Shown in pieces: positions 40,452 to 51,987 of a stretch of DNA of 64,000 nucleotides (position 1 is the first letter of the stretch; each line of letters begins with the position of its first letter). The notes under the pieces were generated by a model. The model ran no database searches. It worked only from the letters and a program-made list of their open reading frames with translations, and was not told where the DNA came from. The position numbers were made by a program, and so were the translations under genes. Source of the stretch: an uncultured Pelagibacteraceae bacterium (GTDB lineage Bacteria > Pseudomonadota > Alphaproteobacteria > Pelagibacterales > Pelagibacteraceae); NCBI GenBank assembly GCA_905618885.1, contig CAJQTC010000012.1, positions 5,352 through 69,351 of the forward strand. Reading direction: 5' to 3'.

Positions 40452-41609
40452 ATGACAACTAAAATTAAAGTTTTACAAGTAATACCTAAATTAGGATTTG
40501 GTGGAGCAGAAACAGGTTGCTATGATCTTGCTCATTTTTTAGCTGAACAAGATTGTAAATCATTCTTGATTACTAGCGGAGGAGAACTCTTAAAGTTTGT
40601 AAGAAGAGATAAGATAAAAATTATTCGTTTACCAGTTCAGTCAAAAAATCCAGTAATTATTTTTTTTAATTCTATCGTCATTTTCTTTATATTGTTGATA
40701 TACAATATTGACATAGTCCACGCTCGTAGTCGTGCCCCTGCCTGGTCTTGCTTGTTGGCTTGTTTCTTTGGAAGAAGAATTTTTGTCACTACTTTTCACG
40801 GGACTTATAATTTTTCAAATAAATTTAAACATTTTTATAATAGTGTTATGGTTCGGTCGAAATTAATCATTGGTGGCTCAAATTTTATTTTTAATCATAT
40901 AAACGAAAATTATCAAAAATTTTTAAATCTTAAAAAAAAAAAATTAATGGTAATTTTTAGAGGAATTAATTTGGAATATTTTAATGCAACTAATACATCG
41001 GAAGAAAAAACAAATTTTTTAGCAACAAGATGGCAAGTCAGTAAAAAAGATTTTATAATTCTTTTTCCTGGACGTATAACGAAATGGAAAGGTCATGAAG
41101 TATTTATAGAATCTTTGAGTTTGCTCTTAGAGAAGCATAACAAAGAAAATTTTCACGCAATTATTTTAGGCTCTGATCAAGGACGGAAAGTGTATTCAAA
41201 AAAACTTTTAGGTTTAGTAGAAAGACATAGATTGGGGAAGAAAGTAACCTTTGTCGAGAATTGCAAAGAAATGCCACAAGCCTATAAATTAAGCGATATT
41301 GTCATTTCAAGTTCAATCGAACCAGAAGCATTTGGAAGAGTGGCGGTAGAGGCGCAGGCTATGAAGAAGCCTATTATTGCAAGTGATATTGGAGGATCAA
41401 GAGAAACGGTATTAAATGGTAAGTCAGGTCTATTATATAAACACAACGATCAAAATGAATTGGCCAATGCTATAAATAAAATTATGAAAATGGATAAAAA
41501 TTCTTTGATTTCAATGGGTGAACAAGGAAGAAAAAATGTGGAAAAAAAATTTAATGTCGATCAAATGTGCCAAACTACCTTTACAGAGTACAAGAAACTA
41601 CTTAAATAA
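40452..41609 (+). CDS. Glycosyltransferase family 4
   Basis: GGAE, HARSRAPAW, GRITKWKG, EAFGRVAVEAQA. Confidence 0.92.
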   Translation: MTTKIKVLQVIPKLGFGGAETGCYDLAHFLAEQDCKSFLITSGGELLKFVRRDKIKIIRLPVQSKNPVIIFFNSIVIFFILLIYNIDIVHARSRAPAWSCLLACFFGRRIFVTTFHGTYNFSNKFKHFYNSVMVRSKLIIGGSNFIFNHINENYQKFLNLKKKKLMVIFRGINLEYFNATNTSEEKTNFLATRWQVSKKDFIILFPGRITKWKGHEVFIESLSLLLEKHNKENFHAIILGSDQGRKVYSKKLLGLVERHRLGKKVTFVENCKEMPQAYKLSDIVISSSIEPEAFGRVAVEAQAMKKPIIASDIGGSRETVLNGKSGLLYKHNDQNELANAINKIMKMDKNSLISMGEQGRKNVEKKFNVDQMCQTTFTEYKKLLK

Positions 41610-41656
41610 AACTAACAATGTCCAATATTCAACTTAAAAAAGATATAACAAGCTAG

Positions 41657-43573
41657 ATGCCAATAATTAAATTACCAGACGGAAGTAATATTGAGTTTCA
41701 AAAAAAAGTTACTGGATTAGAAGTCGCCGAAAAAATAAGTAAATCTTTAGCAAAGCAAGCATTAATAATAAGTGTAGATGGTGAATTAAAAGATTTAACT
41801 CATGTAATAGAAAAAAATTCATCTGTTAAAATAATCACCCATAAGGATAGCGATGGATTAGATGCAATAAGGCACGATACCACTCATATTATGGCAATGG
41901 CAGTTCAAGAATTATTTCCTGGAACCAAGCTAGCTATTGGCCCGGCAATTAAAGATGGTTTTTATTATGATTTTTCAAGAAAAGAACCGTTCACGCCAAT
42001 AGATTTAGAAAAAATTGAAAAGAAGATGAAAGAAATTGTTGAGAAAGATCAGCCTACACGAAAGGAAGTGTGGGAAAGAAAAGAAACTAAAGATCATTAT
42101 AAAAAACTTGGAGAGAAATATAAAGTTGAACTTGTAGACAGTATTCCAGCAGGAAACGAAATTTCAATTTATTATCACGGTAAATGGTATGATCTTTGTC
42201 GTGGACCGCATCTATTATCAACTGGAAAAATTAGTAAACATTTCAAGCTTACAAAAGTTGCTGGTGCTTATTGGAGAGGTGACTCGAACAACGAAATGCT
42301 TCAAAGAATTTATGGAACATCTTGGCCAACTCAAAAGGAACTAGATGATTATTTAAAACGAATTGAAGAAGCTGAAAAAAGAGATCACCGTAAACTAGGA
42401 AAAGAAATGGATTTATTCCATTTCAGAGAAGAAAGTCCAGGAGCTGTTTTTTGGCATGAAAAAGGTTGGATTCTTTTTCAAAGACTTATTGAATACATGA
42501 GAATGAAACAAAGATTTGCAGGATATAAAGAAATTAATACGCCTGAAATATTAGATAGAAGCTTGTGGGAAAAATCTGGGCATTGGGAAAAATTTGGTGA
42601 ACACATGTATACCTCGGAAACTCCAGATGATAAAATATTTGCTATTAAACCAATGAATTGCCCAGGTTGTGTACAGGTGTTTAACCAAGGTCTAAAAAGT
42701 TATAGAGACCTACCTTTAAAATTATCAGAATTTGGTAAAGTTCATAGATATGAACCTTCAGGTGCCTTACATGGACTATTAAGAGTTAGAGCTTTCACTC
42801 AAGATGATGCGCATATCTTTTGTACTGAAGATCAAATAACCCAGGAGTCTTTGACAGTCACTAATCTAATTTTGAAAATTTATAAAGATTTAGGTTTTGA
42901 GAATGTAATATTGAAATATTCAGATCGGCCAGAAAAAAGAGTTGGAGAGGACAGTGTTTGGGATAAATCTGAAGCAGCACTTCTTTCAGCTATTAAACAA
43001 TCAAAACTTGAGTACACTATAAATAAAGGTGAGGGTGCATTTTACGGTCCTAAAATTGAATTTGTTTTAAGAGATGCAATCGGTAGAGATTGGCAGTGTG
43101 GAACACTACAGGTAGATTTAAACCTTCCCGGAAGACTGGGAGCATCATATGTGGACAAAGATGGAACTAAAAAAGTTCCAGTCATGTTGCATCGAGCTTT
43201 ATTTGGGTCGTTAGAAAGATTTATTGGAATTTTAATTGAAAATTATGCAGGTAAATTACCTTTTTGGTTGGCGCCAACGCAAGTTGTGATTTTACCAATA
43301 ACAGAAGAAAACAATGATTATGTAAAAAACTTATTTGAAGATCTATTTAAAGAAGGTATAAAATGCGAAGTGGATTTAAGAAATCAAAAAATTAATTATA
43401 AAATTAGAGAACATTCTTTAGCAAAAGTTCCTATGATTTTAGTTTGTGGCAAGAAAGAAGTTTCTGAGAGCACGGTAACAGTTCGTAGACTTGGATCTGA
43501 GAAACAAGAAACTTTTAAAAGAGAAGAATTAATTAAGAATATTCTTACCTCAAATAAACTTCCTCTTAATTAA
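41657..43573 (+). CDS. thrS: Threonine-tRNA ligase
   Basis: TGS domain, DLCRGPH, RDHRKLG, KPMNCP, HRALFGSLERF. Confidence 0.98.
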   Translation: MPIIKLPDGSNIEFQKKVTGLEVAEKISKSLAKQALIISVDGELKDLTHVIEKNSSVKIITHKDSDGLDAIRHDTTHIMAMAVQELFPGTKLAIGPAIKDGFYYDFSRKEPFTPIDLEKIEKKMKEIVEKDQPTRKEVWERKETKDHYKKLGEKYKVELVDSIPAGNEISIYYHGKWYDLCRGPHLLSTGKISKHFKLTKVAGAYWRGDSNNEMLQRIYGTSWPTQKELDDYLKRIEEAEKRDHRKLGKEMDLFHFREESPGAVFWHEKGWILFQRLIEYMRMKQRFAGYKEINTPEILDRSLWEKSGHWEKFGEHMYTSETPDDKIFAIKPMNCPGCVQVFNQGLKSYRDLPLKLSEFGKVHRYEPSGALHGLLRVRAFTQDDAHIFCTEDQITQESLTVTNLILKIYKDLGFENVILKYSDRPEKRVGEDSVWDKSEAALLSAIKQSKLEYTINKGEGAFYGPKIEFVLRDAIGRDWQCGTLQVDLNLPGRLGASYVDKDGTKKVPVMLHRALFGSLERFIGILIENYAGKLPFWLAPTQVVILPITEENNDYVKNLFEDLFKEGIKCEVDLRNQKINYKIREHSLAKVPMILVCGKKEVSESTVTVRRLGSEKQETFKREELIKNILTSNKLPLN

Positions 43574-44119
43574 GTGTCACATTTTAAACCAAACTATTTC
43601 CAGAGAAGGAGCAAACCCCAAGGACCAAAGTCTAATCAACAAATTAGAGCTATCGATGTTCAGGTCATAGGTAGCGATGGAAATAATTTAGGAATTCTAC
43701 CTTTAAAAAAAGCTATAGAAACAGCAAAGGAAGAAGGCCTAGACCTAATTGAAATTTCACCAAATGCAAATCCGCCAGTTTGTAAAATTATGGACATGGG
43801 TAAATATAAATATGATTTACAAAAAAAAACAAACATTGCTAAAAAAAAACAAAAAATAGTTGCTTTAAAAGAAATTAAAATGAGACCTGGCACAGATGTT
43901 CATGATTATAATTTTAAAGTTAAAAATGCTAAAAAATTTTTAGTAAATAAAGACAAGGTTAAGTTCACAGTTAAATTTAAAGGAAGAGAAATGCAGCACA
44001 TTAATCTAGGTAGAGATTTGATGAATAGAATTATTGAAGACACAAAAGATGTTGGAAAAATAGAGACGCATCCTAAATTCGAGGGTAGACAAATGATAAT
44101 GATAATTCAGCCTGTCTAA
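43574..44119 (+). CDS. infC: Translation initiation factor IF-3 (non-ATG start)
   Basis: PPVCKIMD.GKYKY, KEIKMRP, FKGRE; no in-frame ATG near 5' end, GTG directly after thrS stop. Confidence 0.95.
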   Translation: MSHFKPNYFQRRSKPQGPKSNQQIRAIDVQVIGSDGNNLGILPLKKAIETAKEEGLDLIEISPNANPPVCKIMDMGKYKYDLQKKTNIAKKKQKIVALKEIKMRPGTDVHDYNFKVKNAKKFLVNKDKVKFTVKFKGREMQHINLGRDLMNRIIEDTKDVGKIETHPKFEGRQMIMIIQPV

Positions 44120-44176
44120 CAAAGATAATATCGTCTTGTAAAGAATATCTAATCTATATATAAGGCCTCAACATTT

Positions 44177-44377
44177 ATGCCTAAATTAAAAACTAAAAGT
44201 TCAGCAAAAAAAAGATTTAGATTTACCGCTTCTGGGAAAGTAAAAAGACCACAAGCAGGTAAAAGGCACGGAATGATCAAAAGAAGTAACGCTCAAATCA
44301 GAAGACTTAGAGGTACTACGATAATGTCTGATCAAGACACAAAAATTGTAAAATCGTACATGCCTTACAATAGGTAG
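44177..44377 (+). CDS. rpmI: 50S ribosomal protein L35
   Basis: [14 protein letters not shown]. Confidence 0.97.
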   Translation: MPKLKTKSSAKKRFRFTASGKVKRPQAGKRHGMIKRSNAQIRRLRGTTIMSDQDTKIVKSYMPYNR

Positions 44378-44384
44378 AAAAAAA

Positions 44385-44741
44385 ATGGCTAGAACAAAAC
44401 GTGGTGTAGTTAGTAGAGCAAAACATAATAAAGTTTTAAAAAGAGTTAAAGGTCAATACGGCAGAAGAAAAAATACTATCCGTGTAGCACGGCAAGCAAT
44501 GGAAAAAGCTATGCAGTATGCCTACAGAGATAGAAAAACAAAAAAAAGAGAATTTCGATCGTTATGGATTCAAAGAATTAATGCTGGAGCTAGAGCGGAA
44601 GGAATTACATATGCTCAACTTATAAATGGTTTAAATAAGTCAAAAATTAAATTAGACAGAAAAGTATTGGCTGAATTAGCCTACAACAACCCAGAAGTCT
44701 TTAAAACTATAGTAAAAAAAGCTCAATCCTCCCTTAACTAA
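44385..44741 (+). CDS. rplT: 50S ribosomal protein L20
   Basis: [25 protein letters not shown]. Confidence 0.98.
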   Translation: MARTKRGVVSRAKHNKVLKRVKGQYGRRKNTIRVARQAMEKAMQYAYRDRKTKKREFRSLWIQRINAGARAEGITYAQLINGLNKSKIKLDRKVLAELAYNNPEVFKTIVKKAQSSLN

Positions 44742-44790
44742 TCAGGGTCTTTGATTTATCCTACATTAACCAAAAGAATCAAAAAACTCT

Positions 44791-45858
44791 ATGAGTGATT
44801 TAGACAATATAAATTCTAGTTTTAAACAAAAATTTAATTCTATAAAGTCAAAAGACGAACTACAAAATTTAAAAACTGAATTTTTTGGCAAGAGTGGTAA
44901 AATTACAAATGAATTTAAAAGCTTAGGATCTGTAGAAGCAGATAAAAGAAAAGAATTTGCATCCTCTTTAAATAAATTAAAAGATAGCTTAACAAGTCAA
45001 CTAGAAAAAAAATATTTAGAGTTTGAAACATTAGAAGTTAACGAAAAACTTAAAGATGAAAAATTAGACGTAACACTGCCAACAAGATCATTTCAAAGTG
45101 GAAAAATTCATCCCGTTTCTCAGGTGATAGATGAAATCTCATCTATTTTTTCTGAAATCGGTTTTTCTGTTGCAGAAGGGCCAGATGTTGAAACAGAGTA
45201 CAATAATTTTACTGCTTTAAATACTCCTGAAAATCATCCAGCACGAGATATGCATGATACCTTTTATTTAGAAGAAAATAAAAAAATTCTTTTAAGAACG
45301 CATACATCGCCCGTTCAAATTAGAACAATGTTGAATGAAAAACCACCATTCAAGATCATTGTCCCAGGTAGAACATATCGTTGTGATAGCGATCAAACTC
45401 ACGCACCAATGTTTCATCAATTAGAAGGTTTACACATAGATAAAAATATTACTATGAGTCACTTAAAAGGTTGTTTAGATTATTTTATTAAGGAATTTTT
45501 CGAAGTTAAGAATATTAAAATGAGATTTAGACCAAGTCATTTCCCATTTACTGAGCCATCAGCTGAAGTTGATATCGGATATAGAATTGAAAATGGTAGA
45601 ATAGTAATTGGAGAAGGAGATAAATGGTTGGAAATTCTAGGTTGTGGCATGGTACACCCAAACGTACTTAGAAACGTTAAAGTAGATCCAGAAAAATACC
45701 AAGGATTTGCTTTTGGAATGGGGATCGATCGTCTTGCAATGCTCAAATATGGAATTAATGATTTAAGAGCTTTTTTTGAAAATGATTATCGTTGGCTCAC
45801 TCACTTTGGATTCGATCCTTTAGATGTACCAACCAATTACAGGGGTTTAAGTAAATGA
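44791..45858 (+). CDS. pheS: Phenylalanine-tRNA ligase alpha subunit
   Basis: [31 protein letters not shown]. Confidence 0.98.
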   Translation: MSDLDNINSSFKQKFNSIKSKDELQNLKTEFFGKSGKITNEFKSLGSVEADKRKEFASSLNKLKDSLTSQLEKKYLEFETLEVNEKLKDEKLDVTLPTRSFQSGKIHPVSQVIDEISSIFSEIGFSVAEGPDVETEYNNFTALNTPENHPARDMHDTFYLEENKKILLRTHTSPVQIRTMLNEKPPFKIIVPGRTYRCDSDQTHAPMFHQLEGLHIDKNITMSHLKGCLDYFIKEFFEVKNIKMRFRPSHFPFTEPSAEVDIGYRIENGRIVIGEGDKWLEILGCGMVHPNVLRNVKVDPEKYQGFAFGMGIDRLAMLKYGINDLRAFFENDYRWLTHFGFDPLDVPTNYRGLSK

Positions 45859-48257
45859 TAATTACATACCCATGGCTTAAAGAGCACTTAAGTACAAAAG
45901 CTAATGAAGCAAAAATAATGGAGCAATTAACTAGCATTGGATTAGAGGTTGAAGGTATTAAAGAGAGTAAAAGCGAGCTTAGTGAATTTAAAATTGCTAA
46001 AATATTAAAAGTAGAAAAACATCCAAATGCGGACAAACTTAAAGTTTGCGATGTAACTTTAGACGGTAAAAAAGTTATCAAAGTTGTTTGTGGAGCACCC
46101 AATGCAAGGGAAGGTTTACTGACTATATATGCGCCACCAGGAGCAACAATACCAAGATCAAATTTTAAATTAAAAGTTGCTAAAATTAGAGGAATAGAAT
46201 CAAGCGGTATGCTTTGCTCTGAAAGTGAATTAAATTTATCCACTGAAAGTGACGGAATAATAGAATTAACAAATAGAGAAAAAGAAATAGGAAAAAGTTA
46301 CTTTAAAAGCAAAGAAAAAAAAACAATAGATATTTCTATAACTCCTAATAGAGCAGACTGTCTAGGTGTAAGAGGTATTGCCAGAGATTTAGCTGCCTCT
46401 GGATTTGGCAGTCTTATAAAAATAAAAAAAAATTTATTAAAACAAAGTTTTAAACAACCCGTTAAAATTTCAATATCAAAAGACAAAAAGCAAGGCTGCT
46501 TAACATTCGGCAGTTGCTATATTAAAAATATTACCAACAAAGAAAGCCCTTCATGGTTAAAAGATAAAATTATTGCGCTGGGCTTGAAGCCAATTTCAGC
46601 TGTGGTTGATGTTACAAATTATGTAATGTTCGATCTCAACAGACCTTTGCATGCGTATAATGCAGATAAAATTGATAAAGAAATTATAATAAGAAACTCA
46701 AAGTCAGGAGAAAATTTTGAAGCACTAGATAATAAAAATTATAAGCTTCAAAATGATATGTGTGTAATTTCTGATAAAAACGGAGTTTTAGGACTAGGTG
46801 GCATAATTGGAGGAATCACAACCTCAGTAGAACTAGATACTAAAAATATTTTGTTAGAGTCTGCTTATTTTCTACCTGCTTCCATAAGAAAAACATCAAG
46901 AATACTTAATATTAATACTGATGCAAAATACCGTTTTGAAAGAGGTATAGATCCCAATTCAACAATTGAAGGCTTAGAATTTGCAGTAGCTTTAATAGTA
47001 AAGATATGTGGAGGGTCACCCAGTAAATTTTCAGTTGTAGGTTCTGCTGTCCAAAAAGATAAAACAATAACTCTAGATCTTGAAAAATTCAAAAAAATTA
47101 TCGGCATTACAATATCAAACGTAGAAGCAAATAAAATTCTGACGTTACTCGGCTGTAAAATAAAAAATAGTAAAAAGATATTAAAAGTTGAGGCTCCAAG
47201 TTGGAGACCGGATATAACTCAAGACATAGATCTAATTGAAGAATTAATAAGAATTAAGGGTTTCGATAAAATTGAACTAATAGAGCCTGAAAAAAAGAGA
47301 AGTAAAGATACACTAGATTTTAGTCAAAAATTGTTTCATTTGTCACAAAGAGCTTTAGCGTCTAAGGGCTATCTAGAAGCGATAACCTGGTCGTTTACAG
47401 ATTCTAAAATTGATAAGCAACTTGCTAAGGGAGAATTGGAAATAAAGATTCTCAACCCTATTTCATCAGATTTAGATGTTCTTCGTAGATCGATCTTCTC
47501 AAATCTTATTATTCATTTAAAAAAGAATCAGGATCGTGGCTATGAAGATTTATCTTTTTTTGAAGTAGGACCGGTTTTTTTTGGTAAAAACCCTGGTGAA
47601 CAGCAAACTGTTGTCGGCGGGTTAAGGTCTGGATTGGTTAATAGAAAAAGCTGGTTAGAAAAATCTCGAAACGTAGATCTTTATGACATCAAAAGGGACG
47701 TAATTATAACATTAATTGACTTAGGCTTAGAAGAAAGTGATCTCTTTATAAGCAACAATACAAAGACTTGTTATCACCCAGGAAGATCAGGATCTGTAAA
47801 TTTAAAATCTGAGAAAGGCCTGCACCTTGCGTACTTTGGTGAATTACACCCAGCAATAATTAAAAATTTAGATTTTAAAGAAAAAAATATTTTTGGACTA
47901 GAAATATTTTTAAAAAATATTCCAAAACCAGACAAAAAAGCAAGAACTATCAAAAAATGTTATACAACTTCTGATTTTCAAAAATCAGAAAGAGACTTTG
48001 CGTTTGTTATTGATAAAGATTTTAAAGTTGGAGAACTTGAAAATATAATAAAAGAAATAGACAAAAGTATTGTAAAAAAAGTAATTACCTTTGATGTTTT
48101 TGTGGGAGAAAATATTCCAGAAGATAAAAAATCAATAGCAATAAATGTCGTAATTCAGTCGCAGGACAAAACACTAACGGAAAGCGATTTAGAACAGATA
48201 AGTCAAAAAATAATAAACACTGTTAAAGAAAAAACAGGCGCAACAATTAGATCCTAA
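45855..48257 (+). CDS. pheT: Phenylalanine-tRNA ligase beta subunit
   Basis: [32 protein letters not shown]. Confidence 0.97.
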   Translation: MIITYPWLKEHLSTKANEAKIMEQLTSIGLEVEGIKESKSELSEFKIAKILKVEKHPNADKLKVCDVTLDGKKVIKVVCGAPNAREGLLTIYAPPGATIPRSNFKLKVAKIRGIESSGMLCSESELNLSTESDGIIELTNREKEIGKSYFKSKEKKTIDISITPNRADCLGVRGIARDLAASGFGSLIKIKKNLLKQSFKQPVKISISKDKKQGCLTFGSCYIKNITNKESPSWLKDKIIALGLKPISAVVDVTNYVMFDLNRPLHAYNADKIDKEIIIRNSKSGENFEALDNKNYKLQNDMCVISDKNGVLGLGGIIGGITTSVELDTKNILLESAYFLPASIRKTSRILNINTDAKYRFERGIDPNSTIEGLEFAVALIVKICGGSPSKFSVVGSAVQKDKTITLDLEKFKKIIGITISNVEANKILTLLGCKIKNSKKILKVEAPSWRPDITQDIDLIEELIRIKGFDKIELIEPEKKRSKDTLDFSQKLFHLSQRALASKGYLEAITWSFTDSKIDKQLAKGELEIKILNPISSDLDVLRRSIFSNLIIHLKKNQDRGYEDLSFFEVGPVFFGKNPGEQQTVVGGLRSGLVNRKSWLEKSRNVDLYDIKRDVIITLIDLGLEESDLFISNNTKTCYHPGRSGSVNLKSEKGLHLAYFGELHPAIIKNLDFKEKNIFGLEIFLKNIPKPDKKARTIKKCYTTSDFQKSERDFAFVIDKDFKVGELENIIKEIDKSIVKKVITFDVFVGENIPEDKKSIAINVVIQSQDKTLTESDLEQISQKIINTVKEKTGATIRS

Positions 48258-50065
48258 TGTCTGGCATAGAAAGAACACGTAATTTTGCTATAATCGCACA
48301 CATAGATCATGGTAAATCTACGATTGCAGATCGTATTATCCACAAGTGTGGAGGTTTAACTGATCGAGAAATGTCAGCCCAAGTTCTTGATTCCATGGAT
48401 ATTGAAAAAGAAAGAGGAATTACAATTAAGGCTCAGACTGTAAGACTTAATTACAAAGCTAAGGATGGAAAAGATTATATATTAAATATTATTGACACAC
48501 CAGGTCATGTAGATTTTAGTTACGAGGTCAGTAGATCTTTGTCTGCCTGTGAAGGTTCTTTATTAATAGTTGATAGCACTCAAGGTGTAGAAGCTCAAAC
48601 ATTGGCAAACGTTTATCAAGCCCTAGAAATTAACCATGAAGTAGTTCCTATATTAAATAAAATAGATCTTCCAGCTTCTGACGTAGATAAAACTAAAAAA
48701 GAAATAGAAGATGTAATAGGAATTGACACGTCTGGTGCGATAAATTGTTCTGGCAAAACGGGAGAAGGAATTGATGATATCTTAGAATCTATTATCAAAA
48801 TTTTACCTTCACCAAAAGGAGATGAAAACAGTAAGTTAAAATCATTATTAGTTGATAGTTGGTACGACAGCTATTTAGGAGTAGTTATTCTAGTAAGAGT
48901 AATTGATGGGCAAATTAAAAAAGGTATTAAAATAAAATTAATGTCTAACGACCAAGAATATGTAATAGAGAAAGTTGGAGTATTTACACCAAAACCTACC
49001 GACATAGATCAGCTGAATTCTGGACAGATTGGATTTATAATTACTGGTATTAAATCGCTTTCAGAAACAAAAGTAGGTGACACTATTTGTGACGCTTCAG
49101 ATCCTGTAAACATACCACTGCCTGGTTTTAAACCTAGTAAACCCGTAGTATTTTGTGGACTGTTTCCAATTGATAGCTCCGAGTATCAAAAATTAAAAGA
49201 TGGTTTAGCTAAATTAAGATTAAATGATGCAAGTTTTTCTTATGAAGCAGAATCTTCAAGTGCACTTGGTCTGGGTTTTAGATGTGGCTTCTTAGGATTA
49301 TTACATTTAGAAATTACAACAGAACGACTTGAAAGAGAATTCGATGTAAATTTAATAACAACTACTCCTGGGGTAATTTACAAAGTACATAAATCTAAAG
49401 GAGAAATTATAGATCTACAGAATCCTTCTAATATGCCAGACCCAACATATATAGAAAAAATTGAGGAGCCATGGATTAAAGCTACTATTATTACTCCAGA
49501 TGAATATTTAGGAACTATAATAAAGATTTGCCAGGATAAAAGGGGAATTCAAACTAATCTAACTTATTCTGGAAATCGTGCTGTTTTATCTTATGATTTA
49601 CCACTTAATGAAATAGTTTTTGATTTTAATGATAGATTAAAATCCGTCTCAAGTGGTTATGCTAGTTTTGAATATGAAATTACTGGCCACAAAGAAGGAG
49701 ATTTAGTTAAATTAAGTATCCTAGTAAACACAGAACCTGTTGATGCCTTAGCAATGATCATACACAAGGATTTTGCTGAAAAAACTGGAAGGCAAGTTTG
49801 TGAAAAATTAAAAGATCTTATACCTAGACATAATTTTATGATCCCAATTCAGGCAGCTATAGGAGGAAAAATTGTAGCAAGAGAGTCTATAAAAGGATTC
49901 TCAAAAGATGTGCTTACCAAAATACACGGTGGTGGTGCTGGTGACCGTAAGAAAAAGTTATTAAAAAAACAAAAGAAAGGAAAAGCCAGATCGAAACAAT
50001 TTGGTAGAGTAGAAATACCACAAGAGGCGTTTATCGGGGTTTTGAAAATTAACAAAGAAACTTAA
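48257..50065 (+). CDS. lepA: Elongation factor 4
   Basis: [39 protein letters not shown]. Confidence 0.97.
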   Translation: MSGIERTRNFAIIAHIDHGKSTIADRIIHKCGGLTDREMSAQVLDSMDIEKERGITIKAQTVRLNYKAKDGKDYILNIIDTPGHVDFSYEVSRSLSACEGSLLIVDSTQGVEAQTLANVYQALEINHEVVPILNKIDLPASDVDKTKKEIEDVIGIDTSGAINCSGKTGEGIDDILESIIKILPSPKGDENSKLKSLLVDSWYDSYLGVVILVRVIDGQIKKGIKIKLMSNDQEYVIEKVGVFTPKPTDIDQLNSGQIGFIITGIKSLSETKVGDTICDASDPVNIPLPGFKPSKPVVFCGLFPIDSSEYQKLKDGLAKLRLNDASFSYEAESSSALGLGFRCGFLGLLHLEITTERLEREFDVNLITTTPGVIYKVHKSKGEIIDLQNPSNMPDPTYIEKIEEPWIKATIITPDEYLGTIIKICQDKRGIQTNLTYSGNRAVLSYDLPLNEIVFDFNDRLKSVSSGYASFEYEITGHKEGDLVKLSILVNTEPVDALAMIIHKDFAEKTGRQVCEKLKDLIPRHNFMIPIQAAIGGKIVARESIKGFSKDVLTKIHGGGAGDRKKKLLKKQKKGKARSKQFGRVEIPQEAFIGVLKINKET

Positions 50066-51087
50066 TGAAAAAATTATTTATAATTTCTAATGAAAGTATT
50101 TTTAATTATGAAGAAAGTTTTTTTTGTGACAACATCGATCTCAAGTCAACTCCTGAAGGGTTAAATAATAAATTTGAAGTTCATCTAATTGGAAGAAAGT
50201 CCAAAAAAATTAGATCACATAAGATTAATATAAAAAATATAAAAATTTATAGAAATATCCTATCTTACTTACTGGGAATCCTTAGATCTCTAAAAGATAC
50301 AAATTCAAAATATTTAATTATATCTATATCTCCATTTACTTTTGTAGCTTGTATTTTAATTAAGCTTTTTAAAAAAAAACCAATTATTTACCTAAGGAGC
50401 GACGGATATGCAGAGTACAAAGCTATTTTTGGATTTTTTGGACCAATAATTTACCATCTAATGTTTTCTACGCTTTCTAAAATTTCATCATTGATTAGCT
50501 GTAGAAAATATATACTAAAAAATAAAGTAGGTGATATTGTAGCTCCGTCACAAATTACTACTCAATGGTTAAAAAATTATAAAGAAATTCAAACTCATAG
50601 CATTAAACTGCTTTACGTAGGTAGAGTAAAAAAAGAAAAAGGAATTTTTTCACTTTTAGAAATAATTAAAGATAATAACAAAAGTTTTTCATTGTCTATT
50701 GTTGGAGCGGAAAAAAATTCTTTAAACCTAACAACTCAAGATAATATTCACGTATATGAAGTAGAAAATAACGAAAAAAATTTAATTAAAATTTATGATG
50801 ATCATAATATTTTTGTTTTACCCTCTTATACGGAAGGACATCCTATGGCGTTGCTCGAGTCTCTTTCAAGATTAAGACCAGTTATTATTTTTAAAAATAT
50901 TGAACACGTGATAGGAGATAAAAAAGGAATATTCGTGGCTGAAAGAAATTCTGATAGCTTCTTTAAAGTCATTAATCACATAAAAGAAAATTACGAAACT
51001 ATTCAACAAAAGATGAAAGAAAATAAACTACCTACAAAAAAAGAATATTTAGAGAGATTAAGTGAATTAATTTCTAAATTAAATTAA
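50065..51087 (+). CDS. Glycosyltransferase (GT-B, family 4-like)
   Basis: LLYVGRVKKEKG, FVLPSYTEGHPMALLES. Confidence 0.82.
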   Translation: MKKLFIISNESIFNYEESFFCDNIDLKSTPEGLNNKFEVHLIGRKSKKIRSHKINIKNIKIYRNILSYLLGILRSLKDTNSKYLIISISPFTFVACILIKLFKKKPIIYLRSDGYAEYKAIFGFFGPIIYHLMFSTLSKISSLISCRKYILKNKVGDIVAPSQITTQWLKNYKEIQTHSIKLLYVGRVKKEKGIFSLLEIIKDNNKSFSLSIVGAEKNSLNLTTQDNIHVYEVENNEKNLIKIYDDHNIFVLPSYTEGHPMALLESLSRLRPVIIFKNIEHVIGDKKGIFVAERNSDSFFKVINHIKENYETIQQKMKENKLPTKKEYLERLSELISKLN

Positions 51088-51101
51088 ATTAAATAAGATA
51101 A

Positions 51102-51191
51102 GGAGAGGTGGCCGAGTGGTTGAAGGCGCACGCTTGGAAAGCGTGTATACGAGCAATCGTATCAAGGGTTCGAATCCCTTTCTCTCCGCCA
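51102..51191 (+). tRNA. tRNA-Ser(GGA)
   Basis: GGAGAGG acceptor, CACGC-TT GGA AA-GCGTG, long variable arm, GGTTCGAATCC, encoded CCA. Confidence 0.97.
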
Positions 51192-51371
51192 ATACCAAAA
51201 CTTTTTAATATTTGCATTTTTAAATCTAGCTAATTACATTCGTACAGCTGTCTGTCTCCAAGACTCATTTTGAACACTATAAATACAAGAAAAACGGTTT
51301 TTTATTGGTTCTTACTCAAATAAAAGTTTTTTTTAGGTGACCTAAGATTCTAAGATGGTAAATTTAAACAT

Positions 51372-51397
51372 ATCAAAGCGAAATGATTCGTTTTGAT
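51372..51397 (+). promoter_or_regulatory. Leader stem-loop upstream of small membrane protein A
   Basis: ATCAAAGCGAA-ATGA-TTCGTTTTGAT (11 bp, one G-U) followed by T run, then RBS AAGGAG. Confidence 0.55.
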
Positions 51398-51423
51398 TTT
51401 TTGTAAAATAAAAAGGAGTAAAC

Positions 51424-51639
51424 ATGAAAGCAATATCAGGACTAACGTCAATTTTTGACAGCCTAACTAAAGTAGTAATATCTCTTCTTGCATTAGGTAT
51501 CGTAGTAAGCCTACTTGGTGGAAATGTTCCTTTTGTTAGTGGAATAGCAGGCAACATTATAGAGCTAGTACAATCTTTAGGTGATGCTGGAATAGTTGGT
51601 TTAGTAGCCGCTATCATCATTTTAAATCTTTATAAGTAA
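51424..51639 (+). CDS. Small two-TM membrane protein A (71 aa), unknown function
   Basis: RBS AAGGAG; clear paralogy with the next ORF. Confidence 0.85.
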   Translation: MKAISGLTSIFDSLTKVVISLLALGIVVSLLGGNVPFVSGIAGNIIELVQSLGDAGIVGLVAAIIILNLYK

Positions 51640-51677
51640 GTAATTAATGCTACTCTCTCGGGATAGCTTTTAATAAC

Positions 51678-51710
51678 GGTCTCTCTAGTTATCTTTAACT
51701 TAGGGAGACC
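51678..51710 (+). promoter_or_regulatory. Intercistronic stem-loop
   Basis: GGTCTCTCTA/TAGGGAGACC 10 bp (one G-U) plus GTTA/TAAC 4 bp; no U tail. Confidence 0.65.
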
Positions 51711-51729
51711 AAAATAAATTGGAAAAATT

Positions 51730-51966
51730 ATGATAAATTGGATTTCAACAATTACGAAATATTTAAATAAGTTTTTAGAAGTAGGTATTTTACTTCTAGC
51801 CATATCAGTTATAGCTGAAATAGTATTTGGTCCAGATGTAGCTTTTTTTGGATCTCAAGTTACTGCAAATTTAATAAATTTACTCAATGCTCTTGGTGAA
51901 CAAGGAATTGCTGCTTTAATAATAGTTTTAGCTGTAATATTCGCATACAGAAAATTATTAAAATAA
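51730..51966 (+). CDS. Small two-TM membrane protein B (78 aa), paralog of A
   Basis: Shares V.I.LLA, G..V.F, N.I.L...LG..GI..L motifs with A. Confidence 0.85.
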   Translation: MINWISTITKYLNKFLEVGILLLAISVIAEIVFGPDVAFFGSQVTANLINLLNALGEQGIAALIIVLAVIFAYRKLLK

Positions 51967-51987
51967 CTCAAAAAAATAAACTACTTC

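Noticed and set aside
51076-51094. Short (TAAAT)n repeat before tRNA-Ser
   Set aside because: Low-complexity AT sequence overlapping a stop codon; expected by chance.
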